From Callorhinchus milii (lineage: Eukaryota), in assembly GCF_018977255.1 (NCBI RefSeq), contig NW_024704743.1:5706001-5770000 (forward strand): a DNA stretch of 64,000 nt, written 5' to 3'. The position numbers and the translations under genes were made by a program. The notes beneath the pieces are model-generated. The model did not search any database. It saw nothing but the letters and a program-made list of their open reading frames with translations, and was not told where the DNA came from. Of this stretch, positions 37,141-50,400 are shown piece by piece; the first letter of the stretch is position 1, and every line of letters starts with the position of its first letter.

Positions 37141-40100
37141 AAAAAAGCTTTCATTATTAAAAGTTACAAAGATCAGGGATTCCATGTAAAAAAGACTGTA
37201 TATTTGATGAAATAAAGAACATTCTAGGTAAGAAAGATGTAAATATCCCAATAATTGATCTGAACTAGACAGCCACTCTGATCTACGGATACATGAGACA
37301 ATTCAAACTAGCAATAAGAATTTACGTGGTTAATAGATGCAAATGCACCCAAAATATCTCCTTTAATATGAGGCAAGTGGCCCATAAATGTTTCATTTAA
37401 TGTCAGAGAGTGGAGAGGCTTCTTGGAGCACTGGTGCGTACCACTATGTAATAGTGTAATGCTTGTTAATATCTACAGTTCCAGCACTTCATTCAATTCG
37501 CATTCTCAACTGCATTGCTTGGGTGAATTACCAGAGGCCAGGCACTATGTTGATCAGAAAGATAAAGAAAGCACTCTTAAAAAACACAGAATCACTGCAC
37601 TTTACCAGATATCCTCTGAAGCACTTCGGAACATCCTCCTGAAAGGTGCAGTACTAAATGTAAGGATCGAATGACATAAAGGGATCTATAGGAGTAGGTC
37701 ATTCACCAGTCTGGTTTACTGCTGTTTGCCACATAGCATGGAAAAGCTAGCAAATAGGGAGGGTTTTACATTGTACCCCTCTCCCCCCAAAAAAAATACG
37801 GGGGGTGTTGAGTGGATGGTTGGGGAGTTACTGGATGGGGCATACGTGAAGAGGGAAAGTTAATACTTGGCATAGAGTGAATAAAGGATAGGAGAAGGGA
37901 CAGCAAAGCATTACAGGGTGTAGCAGGGAGTGGCCAGTATCTTGGAACATGCTCGTGATCAACACAGTGCCTGGCCTCTGGTAATTTGCCCAAGCAACAC
38001 AGTTGAGAATGCGACAGGGAGTAAAAGAAGGAGCGGGAAGTGTCAGGATGGGGGTTTGAAATGGACAATTTGAGTCGTAAAATCATAGAATTTAAACTGT
38101 GTCCAATCCCATTTTAAATGCATTTATGGTCTTCATGTCCTACGTGCTCCGAGATGCTACTCCACATGAAGCCGCTATATAAATGCATGTTGTTGTGGTG
38201 AGGTTGTGGTAAGTGTGCGCTCAGAGAGCAACTAGGTTGACTTGATGGAACAATGTCAAAAATTGGGAACAGTTGATAACATATTTTCATAAATAGAATA
38301 TAGACCATTCAGTTCAGAAATCCAATGGTCTGTGACAGATTCCTGAATATAATTTCCACGTTTCCCCATCAATGTCACAATCTTCCTCGCCTGCGCACAC
38401 AAAGGAAGGTAAATAAGTATGTAATTTAGTAGCTTAGATACTGGAGTAGAATTCCTCTTAATAGCCTCCAGCAATGGTGGAAAATGGTGGATTTTTGTGA
38501 GAGTAATAAGTCTAATGAGCAAGTTTTGAATTTAGTTCAATACACGCAGTGTACGATAGCACAAGGAGAATTATATTTCTGCCATGATATATCCATATAA
38601 TTAAAAATAGCCAGCCAAGTGTAAAAGTGAAAATGATCAACTCTTTCGCCAGCATCTAGTTTAGCTGAAGGGCAAGTGCTAGTCAATACTTGCCTTGTTG
38701 TTTTCCCAGTCAGTGTGATGCCTGACCCCAATTCCCAGTATGATGATACCATTAGAATCACAGTCGCTATTATTAACATTGATCCAAATGTTATGACTTC
38801 TTGTGACATGGGTCATAAGAATGAGTGCAGTGATGCCTCAGTACTGCGGGCAAAATAATTCTGGTCAAAGTGCAGTTGTATCTTAAACAGGCTTCAAGAG
38901 ATCATTGTGAAGATTCAGATATTTTTCTACCCCTCCAACACAGAATATGCCAATCCTTTGATGATTGATATATATGCCTCCCCAGCCCCAGCAAAAATTC
39001 CAGATAACAATAATATAATAATACTTACATTTGGAAAAGCGCCTTTCTCATCAGGAGGACAAAGCACTTCACGGGACAAATTGTTAATAATAATAATAAT
39101 CCTTGCATTTGATAGTGTCTGATCACGTCTTCTAGACATCTCAAAGCACTTCACAGAATATACTGTGAAGTGAATTGACCGTATATTTTGTGGGCGAAAT
39201 GTGGTAGCCAATTGTACAGATCAGTGTCCCACAAACAGTCGTAGATTGAGTGACCAAATTTTTTTTTTGAAGCGATTATTACTCCTGGAAAAGCGATTCA
39301 CCAATCAACTAACAACCGACTTCCTATTTACTGCTCGGCAAACAGAGACGTGTGGAGTAAGGAAACTTGCCCAAAGTTTTGTCCTGCCCGTTAATTGAAC
39401 CCAGGTCCTCTCGCTTGCGAACTGCTAACTACTGAACTGCAGGACTCCACAAAGGACTCCATAAAGTGCAGTGACTATGTGATTTATGGGCAAACATGGC
39501 AGCCAATTTCACACAGCAGTGTCCTACAAACAATCACAAAGTGTACGACCAATTTTTTTTTCTCTCTCTCCAGTAATGTGCATTGAACAGTTCCTGTGAA
39601 TTACAGAATACTCAATTATTGATATTCCTGGTAAATATGCAAACCAAGTCACCAGAGAGAGCAATTTCATTCCTTTTATTTAATTCTGAATGGTCAAAGC
39701 AAGAGTTCTGGGGAATGGAACTTTTGCACTTTAATGGCATTAGAGCAAAGAAACTCCCAGAACTACTTAAACACAGGGTAAAAAATCCTGAACCAATGTG
39801 AGAGGCACAAATGTGCCACTTCTATTTGTAACACAAACTTTATTGGTTGCCTCTGGTGGACAATGGGGTTGAATTTCCAGGTCAGGGGAGCAACTCACGT
39901 GTGAATATTGTAAATTGGATTAACCATTTTGTTGAAACATGTCAAAGTAAGCATTTACATGAAACAGGTTGCCGACTGAAAATGCAACAAGCTGGTTGTC
40001 AGCTTGGCTATGTTAATAGCATGCTTGCCATTGCATTAGAATGAGTGGGTTCAAGACCCAGTTTGAGACTTGCCAATATTTTAGAGCCAGAGCCCAGTCT

Positions 40101-42917
40101 GGCAACCTTCCTGCTGCTCCTTTGTACAAGATGCTAAACAGAAGTCCTGACTGCTTGTCCATGTAAAGATTCCATGACACTGTTCAAAAAGAGAAGGAAG
40201 TTTGTCCTGACTATCAAGTTGCCAGATAAATTGCTCTCTCATTTTGTGGCTCTTTGTGGGACTTTGATGCACTTGCAATTATATAGTACCCCTCAGCCGG
40301 GTAGTGTCCAGAGTGCTTTAGAAAGATTACTGGACGCTGTTAGGAATAACAACATATTCATTGTTTGTTCTCAATTTTACACATGTTCTTATCAAAGTAT
40401 ATTTGCTTTACTATATTCTCATCAACTGTGGTGACATAAGATATTAACATGCAAAGTGATACACAAATTGATGATAAAAAAAACTTTATTGTAGCCTGGC
40501 AGAGTGATTTATGTATCACTGTACTGTATTGGAGTATCAGCCTAGACTCTGGATTCAAAGTCGTGATGTGGGGCTTCAACACACTCAGTAGAAGGCGATG
40601 ATAAATAGAAATAAACTCAATAAACATTGGAATTGTCCCTGATTGTTTGTACTGTTCATAAATGGTTTGGAAGAGAGCACTTCTAATACTCTATTGTGAA
40701 ATGTTCTGGTGCTCCAAGGTTTGTGAACAAGTGAAACAATAAGGAAGAATAACGGAATTCAAGAAGATTGGGATCCAATCTAATTGTAAATAATGCAAAG
40801 CAATGCATATTGGAAAAAGGATTAGTGAAATTGCATATATTGACAGAGTTGATGGAGGAAACGGATTTGGATGTGATTATTGATCATTCGATGAAGGTTA
40901 CCAGCAGGCTTGCTGCTGTCAACAAAGCTAATCAAATACTAGGTTGCATCTTGGGAGCATTTGACTGTAAATATAAATAAATTACTGTCACCTTGTATAG
41001 GTTATTGGTGATTTGGAATATTGGGTGTAGGTTCAGGAGCTCCACCATCAGACATAAATCAGAACATTTCCAATGTTCTCCTCATTGGCCTGTCTAGCTC
41101 CATTTATCAGAAGCTTGAAATGATCTAGTAACCCACAACACAAACTCTGCACACAATTTACGTCCATACTCACCGAGCTCCATTTGACTCCCAATACTTT
41201 AAAGATTGAGTTTAAGATCCATCTCCTGATCTTCATATCCCTCCATTGCCTCGTTCCACTCTACCTAAGCAATATCTTCTAGCCCAATGTTCAGGCCCGT
41301 AACCTTCTCTCTTCTGACTGGTATTATGCAAATTTCAAACCCCCTTGCTGGGCCTTCAGCAACCATGCCAACATCCACTGGAACTTTGCCATCACTTTAC
41401 CTTACTAACTCGCTTTCCAAAACCTCCTAAACTCATACCTCGTCAGCTGTGCATTTGGTCAACATCATTATATCTCTTATTCTCCTCCTCGAGGTCCAAC
41501 ACTATAGTTTTTGAGCTCTTTTTTGAATTTTCTTTCATGTGAAAAGCGCGACATATAAATATAAGTTGCTTTTATTGTTCGAATGGAATGTAAAAAAGAT
41601 GAGCGCTAAAGTGAAGGACCCGTTACAAAATGTTGGACAGGCTGATACAATTTCTGTCGAAGAAAAGGAGTCGGAAGCAACGCTTGCTAAGGAAGATGTC
41701 ACTTTATATTAGAGATTGTTCCGCTTGAGAGAAATATATTGCAGGATGGCCGAGGTGTTAAAATGGTTGCCATGTCAGAAGACGATAGGGTTGGTATGGA
41801 AGAAAGATGGATCAATTGGCAGAAAATCAGTGTGACATGCTGTATCCCTTTCCTCTGTGTGGTAGCAAGACCTTGCAAAACTCTGTTGTAACCTTGTACA
41901 TGGTGCAAAGATAAGTAAGTGCTAATGCTCAAAGCAATGATGTGGAACCATTTTTCTCTTCATAGTTTAAACATTGTACGTATTCCTACAGGTTAAGAAA
42001 TGATTGGGGTACAAAGTAGATTGGATACATTATAAAATGCTGTTGTAGTTGTCAGTTGTCATTTATAAAGGGTAACTGTGAAACTTCTTAATGTGAAGTA
42101 ACAAGTTGTCATTTAAGTATACTTTCAGCATGTTGCAATCATGATCAATCTATTCCAGCCAAGGATTTGTCTGCCACAAAACAAATCTGATTAAGAATTG
42201 ATGATCATTTTGTCATATGTTAGAGAGCACGATATGTACATTAATTGGGATCAGCAGATCTGGATATGGAAGCGATGTGGATATTGATTCTGTGTGTGTA
42301 GTTTTAGTCTTGAGAGAAGGCATCTTAGAAATGTATAACATTTTAAATGGAATTGAAAATGTAAACCCAGAACAATCCAGTACTTTAGTATGCACCGAGA
42401 CGAGAGAAAACGAGGACATAGATTTAGAGTGGCAAAGAGCAATTTCAGGACAGACACCTGGAAGTTTTTCTCCCAGTTGTCTGTCCTGAAGTTGCTGAAG
42501 TCTGTCCAGAGCAATTAACAACTGGAATGTGTTGTGAGGCCAGCAAACTGGACTCAATTAAAATAAAAACATTGTTACTTTGGTGTGCTGACAGTAGGGT
42601 GGGTATTTTTTGATGGGTATGTTTAGTTGGGGATAGGGCAGAGACCTGTTGATACATTTGATTGTAAATCAAAGGTATCAAAGGGACAAACATTTCACTG
42701 ATGTGTTGACTAACAATGGTCCAAATTTTCTCCCCGGTATTATTAGATTTCATGTTTTGGAATAAGTAAGGATCAAACATAACAATGCAGGAATTGCAGA
42801 TTAGAAAAGGGTAGAATAAAAAAGGATTAGCATTTGCCAGCGCAGGCAAAAGGGAGGAAACAGGACAGTGAAGCAAACAAATGATGGCCTGTCTCTTTTC
42901 TTTTCTTGTTTCCACAG

Positions 42918-43151
42918 ACCTCCTGCCGGCAGACAGTGGCGAAGGAGTTACATTTGCTTTTTTGGAACAACTTATGGACATTCTACTGCAGTACATTTTG
43001 AAAAGCTTTGACAGATCTACAAAAGTAATAGATTTCCACTACCCCAATGATCTCCTGGAAGGATTTAACTGGGAGTTGGATGAGCAGCCAAACACTTTAG
43101 AAGACATTTTGATGAGCTGCAGGACCACCTTAAAATACGCCGTGAAAACAG
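42918..43151 (+). CDS. GAD2: GAD2 exon 4, DLLPA...SFDRSTKVIDFHYP...TLKYAVKT
   Basis: tttccacag / G|gtattg; 234 nt; strong GAD similarity. Confidence 0.97.
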
Positions 43152-46100
43152 GTATTGAGAGGCGCGAACATAGAATTGTCTCTATTATTTAAATCAATGA
43201 TTCGATAATAAGGGCTAAAGTGAGCACTCCATGAAACTGCTACTGTCCCCAACCTTATCTGTGGTTACATCAAGTGACGCAGTGCTGTGTAAGAATTGTC
43301 ACATATATATATATCACTGTGTTTTCCTTTAACTGAAATTCACTCACAAAATGTAACTACATTTGAGACGGATGGTGCGTGATTTCAGCAGTTTAAGAAC
43401 TGCATAGGGAATGCACAATGCATCGTGCAGGTTTGCTGGATCGGAGTATCATTCACTGCCTGAACTCAAGCCTGACATTCAAAGCAATATGAAAATCATA
43501 ATATCTACTCCAGTGACAGGCCATTTATTAACAGCACTCATTCTGTAAGCCTGGTAGCACTATCTTCAGTGTTGCATTTGAATCTCAACTTTGACTCATA
43601 TTCAGACTCTCCACAGTCTTGCCAGTGCTCAAATGGATCACTGTACAGTGTTGGAATATGTTGGGCGGAGGACAGGGGAGGAAGATAAACCTTTCGTATG
43701 ATCAGTGCTCTGTCACAAGGAATGTAATATAATCCTTCTAACGTGCTGCTTTGCAGTCCATTTATTTCATGCTTCCTTAATAATAATAATCCTTGCATTT
43801 GATATAACACCTTAAAATGTATTTGAAATGTCTCAAATGGCTTCACAGAATATACTGTAAAGTTAATTTTAGATATATTTTGTGGGAGAAATGCGGCAGA
43901 CAATTGTGCACAGCAGTGTTCCACAAACCGTCATGGAGTGAGTGACCAAATTATTATTACTTGGCCCTTCAAGCTATCATTGTATTGAGAGCTCGTGTCC
44001 CCAGTCCATTTGCAATGTGTCCGTTCTGGCTCGTGGACGCACACATACCTGATCACATTAAAGAGCGGCATTGTTGGCAAACGTAGCAAAATGTACGGTC
44101 AATACCGTCCCAATGTCTCAGTGGAAGGGGACATGTAATAGGCAAGGCAGCAGTAAGAGAACTATAAGGGAAAACATGTCATTCAGAAGCATTCAGTGAT
44201 CACACGAGAATAGTCAAAGGACGAACTATACCATAATGCCTGTAATTTGTCTGCGAATCAAGTTTATCTTAAATTTTATGATCACTCAAAATTAGGAAAA
44301 TTCTCAATCTTAATTTGGAAGCCAGTTCTTTTCAAGAACAGCTTTCAAATGAAGACTGAATTAAAGAATTTACCTCAATTCTGCACAACCTTAAAGTTTA
44401 GAACAGAATGATCTTAGGACAACGTAAATTGTGTGTCTTTTTGAGCGTCACTGACTCACATTTTGATTGTCGCTAACTGACTATTCAAACTATTCAGTTT
44501 CCCAGCATGTGCAGTGAATTAACAACAAGCACCTCAGCAGTCGGTTCCATGATTAGTTCAATTACAATAATAATCAGAGCCAATGTGAGTTAACAATACC
44601 CTTCTTTTGAAACAAAATCATATTACTGATCTTTTCACAAGTTTCGAAGGCCTATTATGTTTTTTTCAGGTTTTCAGGTCCTTTCTCTCTTGTTGTCCTT
44701 TCTGCAACGCTCTTACCAGAGTAAAAAGAACCCAACGTGTGCCTTGAATATTAATTAACTGGTGTTACCATGGTTCCTGAAGCTAATGGCTGTAAATAGC
44801 AGCTGATTTGCAGCAGTTATACGACATAATGGTGCTCTGCATTCAGCGACAGCAGCAGTAAAGTCTTTAAATGCTGGACCATGTAACATATATTTTTTAC
44901 AGGCTGTTACGGCGTGGATGAGTTCTGTAAACAATCTGGAGGAAGGAAGAGCAGCTCAAAAAAGATTGCTACTAGCATCCGGACATCAAGCTTATCACCT
45001 CCACATTTTTGCTTCCGTCCTCACTGGGTCGTATGGATCAGCCCCCTCCTCCCTCCTCCCACATGCCACCGACATCATCGCGTAACACACGCCATGCTGC
45101 CAAGCACATTCCAGTGCCATCGCAGGTGTTTTGCGATGCAGTCATTCGTACTGCACGCACATTTCATTGCAGCACCTGGCACTGAACCTGGCCAACAATT
45201 CTCCAGCTAACATTGGTCATCCACTTCATGGCTGTTTGTGAGATGTTGCTGTGCGCAAGTTGGCTGCCGTGATTGCCTCCAAATACGTAGTGTTTGAAGG
45301 GATCCAGTTATCCACAGCCTTTTGGGGCAGAGAGTTCCAGATTTCCACTACCCTTTGGGTGAAAAACTGCCTCCTGATTTCACTCCTAAATAGCTCTTAG
45401 CTCTAATTTTACGATAATACCCCCTTGTTCTGGGTTCCCCCACCAGAGAAAATAGTTTCCCTCTATCTACCCTATCAAATCCATTTATTATTTTAAAAAA
45501 CTCAATTTTACTGCTGGGAGACACTGCTAGCCACCAAACAGCAGCGGATTACACTCTTTATCTCTTTGACCTCCTAGAAACAATAATAAACCACATTCAT
45601 CTATAAGCACCTCCTGAGGCAATGATGCTTCCTCATCTACATTATAATCCTCCAAATCATCTTTGCAGTTGAATGTATGGCCTTAACATGTCATCCTAAT
45701 GTCTCAAAGCAAGTAAGGGCTATGGAACAGCCTTCATGGGCTGTTGGCGTATTCACAGGATCAAAAGCTTCGATGAAGAACATGCTTAGGCCCATTAATC
45801 TCATCCCTCTAGAATACCCACCCCACCATAGCGTCTCATCACCGAATCAAGTTGTTTTATAAATGAGTCTAATGTCCTGGCCTCTACCACCTTTCCTGGC
45901 AACCTATTCCAATCATTGGTTTCCCCTCTGTGTGAAGAAAAACTTCCTGGTATCTGTCCTGAAATTGCCCTTTACAACTCTAAGCATATATCTTCTTGTT
46001 CTGCTGTCTTGTCACATCCTAAAGCATTCCGTGTTTGCTTTTTCAATCCTATTTAAAATATTGTCTCTGTGAAGTTCCCTCTGAGTTGTCTTTTCTCAAG

Positions 46101-46668
46101 ACTGAAGAGCCCTAGCTTTCTTTAATCATTGCTCACAGGTTATTTCTCTAACACTGGGATCATCCTCGCTGCTCTCCTCCGGACCACCTCTAGCGGCTAG
46201 GCAGCTCCCTGCTGTGTCAGTGATCAGAACGATATTCAGTATTCAAGGTGCGGTCTGAACAGAGCACTGTATAGCCTGAGTGTGACATCTGGGCATCTAA
46301 ACCAACTGATTTAACAATAAATCCCAGCATTCTGGTTTGCCTTGTTTATTGCTGCTTTGCCTGTAACCTGTACTCATTCCTCTTCTGATACTGTTTTTTT
46401 CACACCTCCTTTTCTATGTTCCACTGATGATGGTGGGACTGCCTTCATGGTTTGTTCTGTAATATAAACAGGGTTGTATTTTCCAGCAATCATATTGTTT
46501 AGAGATTCACATGGAAAATCAGATATAATTATCATTACTCAACAGAGAAATTATTTTGGGTCTCTATTGGCAAAGGCTTATTGCAGGTATCTGACCTCAC
46601 AACCCTCTTGGCTCAGGTTATTATTTTGACATCGGTAAAGCTAACCTTCGCTGTGTGTTTGCTCATAG

Positions 46669-46759
46669 GTCATCCTAGATATTTCAACCAGCTTTCAACA
46701 GGATTAGACATGGTTGGCCTCGCTGCTGATTGGCTCACCTCCACTGCTAACACTAACAT
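46669..46759 (+). CDS. GAD2: GAD2 exon 5, [31 protein letters not shown]
   Basis: ctcatag / AT|gtaagt; 91 nt. Confidence 0.97.
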
Positions 46760-47100
46760 GTAAGTGAATAATTTCAATGTTGTCTCAGCTTTACGCTACA
46801 CTACATAAAGTGCTCCTACTCTGTCTCACTACCTTCACTCAGTGTAATGCTAGCAGCTTCCACCCACCCCACCTCCCCCCGGCAGCTGATCACTTTCTGA
46901 TGAAAAGAACAACTGACAGGAAACCAACTTTATATAGTCAATGCGATACAAATTTTTGTTTGTGTTGGATTGTTTCACCTTTTATGTCCAGAGGATGTCC
47001 CAAGGCTCTTGACACTTCTGGCTTGGTACCCAAACTGGGAGTGGGAGGCAAAGGAGGTGTGGAGGGGAAAGATGACCCCAAGCAAGGTCAAGGGAGTAGG

Positions 47101-47424
47101 TCTTTGACCGAGCCTTCAGCTCCCCTCTCGACTCTCTTCCCCCTCCTCGCTCCCTCCCTTCCCTCCCCTCACCCTGACCATTCCCCCCCTCCTCGCTCCC
47201 TCCCTTCCCTCCCCTCACCCTGACCATTTCCCCCCTCCTCGCTCCCTCCCTTCCCTCCCCTCACCCTGACCATTTCCCCCCTCCTCGCTCCCTCCCTTCC
47301 CTCCCCTCACCCTGACCATTTCCCCCCTGCTCGGGTCATGACCCAACTGTGCAGCGCCTTGGGACGTCCTCCTGACGTGAAAGGCGCTTTATAAATGGAA
47401 TCTTGTTCTTGTTGTTGTTGTTGT
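47101..47424 (+). mobile_element. Young L2 3' UTR containing 4 x 46-bp tandem repeat (47135-47318)
   Basis: TGACCA recurs every 46 nt (ends 47180, 47226, 47272, 47318); tail near-identical to 14005-14140(-). Confidence 0.9.
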
Positions 47425-50400
47425 CTTGAGATCGACCTTGAAAAAGGTGAGGAAGGGAACGCATTTTATTATATTTATATGGTCAGTTTCCTGATCTAGG
47501 CCAAGAACATGGGTATAGAAACAGCAACAACTTGGATTTATAGATCGTCCTTCAGATGAAGTAGCATCTCGGAGCACTTGACAGTGGCAGAGCTTGACAC
47601 CGAGTTGGAGAGTGGAGGGAGGTAACCGTAGACCAAGTCAAAGAGAAAGTTCTTCAGGTGTGATCTGAAGATGGACAAGGAGGAGGCAAGACAGAAGGAA
47701 TGAGATAGAGGATTCCAGTGTTTTGGGTTGTAATGGCTGAAAGCATGGTCGGAGCAGAGAGGATGAGGTACTTGCGGAATGCAAGAGCCAGCTGAGGTAA
47801 GGGGGTGGGTAGAGGAATCCCGTCTACCTGATCAAGTGGATTGCATGGCACTATTTGAAAAGAGTAGAGAGTTTCTCCTGGTGTCCTGACCAACAATCCC
47901 TAACCAGATACAAATTGGTGATTTCCATTCATGGCTGTTTAAGGAACATCCCTGTGTGCAAATAGGCTGCTCCGCTCACCTACAAAATACACAGTCACAA
48001 CTTTACAGTAAATCCTTTAAAGTGTCTTGAAATATCCTCCAAATGTGGAAGTTGCTATATTATATGCAAATAATATTATTATTTTTGACTTCAGAGCCAG
48101 TAGGTGGAGTTCTCCCCTCTGCCCTTTCTAAATCAATGGTGCAGAACTCCACCCAGCTGCCTACATTTTAATAAACACTATTAATAGGATTGGGTGGAGT
48201 ATAATGCAGCACACTGGCTGTAGAATGTAATATCTCTAGCTACAGAATATACAACCACCAGCCACATAATACAGTACTATTGATTACAAAACCAGTATCA
48301 TTGGCCAAAGAATATAGTGCTCGCTGTTCCCAGAATAAGGTACAAATGGCCATAAGTTACAGTATCATCTGGTTACAGAATATAACATGAGGTAGAATAA
48401 TATTACTAGTATTTTATATAGCTCCTTTCGCATTGGAAAGGTGTCTCAAAGCACCTCACATGATTTTATGTAAAGTGCAGTGACTTTATATTTTAGACAT
48501 ACATAGCAGCCAAATTGCAAACAGCAAGGTTCCGAAAACAGCCATGAAGTGGACGATCAATTTTATTTGGGGAATTATTGGTCAAATAGTGGCCTGGGAT
48601 CAAATAGGATCTTTTCAAATAGTGGCCTGGGATCTTTAACATCCATCTGAACAGGTAGCCAGGACTTTGGTTTAACATCACATCTGAAGGACGGCATCTC
48701 CAACAATGCAGTGCACTTCCTAAACTGCATTGAAACGTCGACAACAATACCAAATTACATCAGGCCAGACTATGGGTTCAAAATCCTGTCGTGGGGCTTG
48801 AACCCACAAACTTCTGACTCAAAGGCAAGAGTGCTACCAACTGAGCCAAGGCTGACACCCAAATGTTGGATGGTCTTTGAGTACAGGTAAGTTATCTTGA
48901 TCCTGGTATTTGCCTTCATGGTGTGTTTAATGTTCGGGATAGCAATTGAGTTGAGGATGCTTGGAGCTGTAAGTGAACACCACTGAGTTGGTCTAATCAT
49001 TCTGCATCACTTCAGTTTGACTCAGCAGTCGTTGATCAGTATTTGAACTCTCTCCCGTTTTTGACTCTAGCTGCTGTGTTAATGATCATGTTAATGAGTT
49101 CAGTAAGTTTTATTCATACCACAATTGTTTCATTTAGTAGGGAGAAAACCCCATCAGCATTCATTTTCTCTTCTGGTCCTCATCTTCAACGCCCTCCACG
49201 GCCTTGCTCCTTCCTACCTCTATGACCTCCTATTCCCTTAGCTAATCTGGCCTGCTTCACGTCCCCTGCCTTGTCCGCCCCATCGTTGGTTGACAGGCCC
49301 TCAGCCTCTCTGCCCCCTCTGGAACTCCATCCACAGTCCCTCCACCTTGCCCCCTCCCTTGCGTCCTTCAAGACCTGTCTCAAGACCCTCCTCTTCGACC
49401 ATGCCTTCGGTCACCCTCCTACCTCTGCCCTCCGCGCCCTCCACCCCACCTGAACCCAACCAGCTCGGGTGCGGATCCCTGACTGTCCAGCGCCTTGGGA
49501 CATCCTCCCGACATGAACGTCTGTATACAAATTTAATTTGTATACAAAAAAATTAATTTGTTGTTGTTGTTGCCATATTTCCTTTCACAGTTTGTATGGC
49601 TTTCTCTCCAAATCTCGCAAGCCGACGCTTCAAACCTCGCAAACCCAACTTTCAGACTTCCCAGCCTTTAAGTGTCAGCCTGGCTCAGTCAGTCACATTC
49701 CTGCCTCCGAGTCAGAGCTTGTGGGTTCAAGCCCCATGACAGGATTGTGAACTCCTAATCTAGGCTGACAATCCAATACAGGGCTGGAGAGGTGCTGCAT
49801 TGATATGTCAGACTAGACTACATTTGGCTTAGTCTTTAGCCCCTTGACTAAAATCTCACGTTACTGTAGGGTATTCCTATTAGAAAGAGATGCTGAGTAT
49901 ACTTTTGTAGCTTTCTATAAAGGTTCATATACCGATGCCTCTGCCATGTTATTGTTGGAGAAATGATCTGTCAACGTTACCCAATATTAAATTAGGTTTT
50001 GCTACATTTTAAAATATGCCCACTTTTTGATGCTCACCTTTGCCTGACAACAAGGCAACCTGTCCCTCTGCCTTTGCTACTTAGCAGTACTTATTGTATA
50101 ACCACCCACTGGGAGTTGGGGGGTACAGCTCCTCTGCTTCCTCTGGTTCCCATTAGTGCTTCAGTCCTCAATACTTACTGCATTATAACTGCTGTTACGG
50201 TCTGGAAGACACTGCACGAAAGGCTGGTGGAAGCAGATTCAATAAGAACATTCAAAAGGGAATTGGATACACACTTGAAAAGAAAAAAAGTTCAAGGTTA
50301 TGGGGAAAGAGCGGAGGAGGGGGTCTAATTAGATAGCTCTTTCAAAGAGCCGGCACAGGCACGATGGGCCGAATGGCCTCCTTCTGTGCTGTAAGATTCT

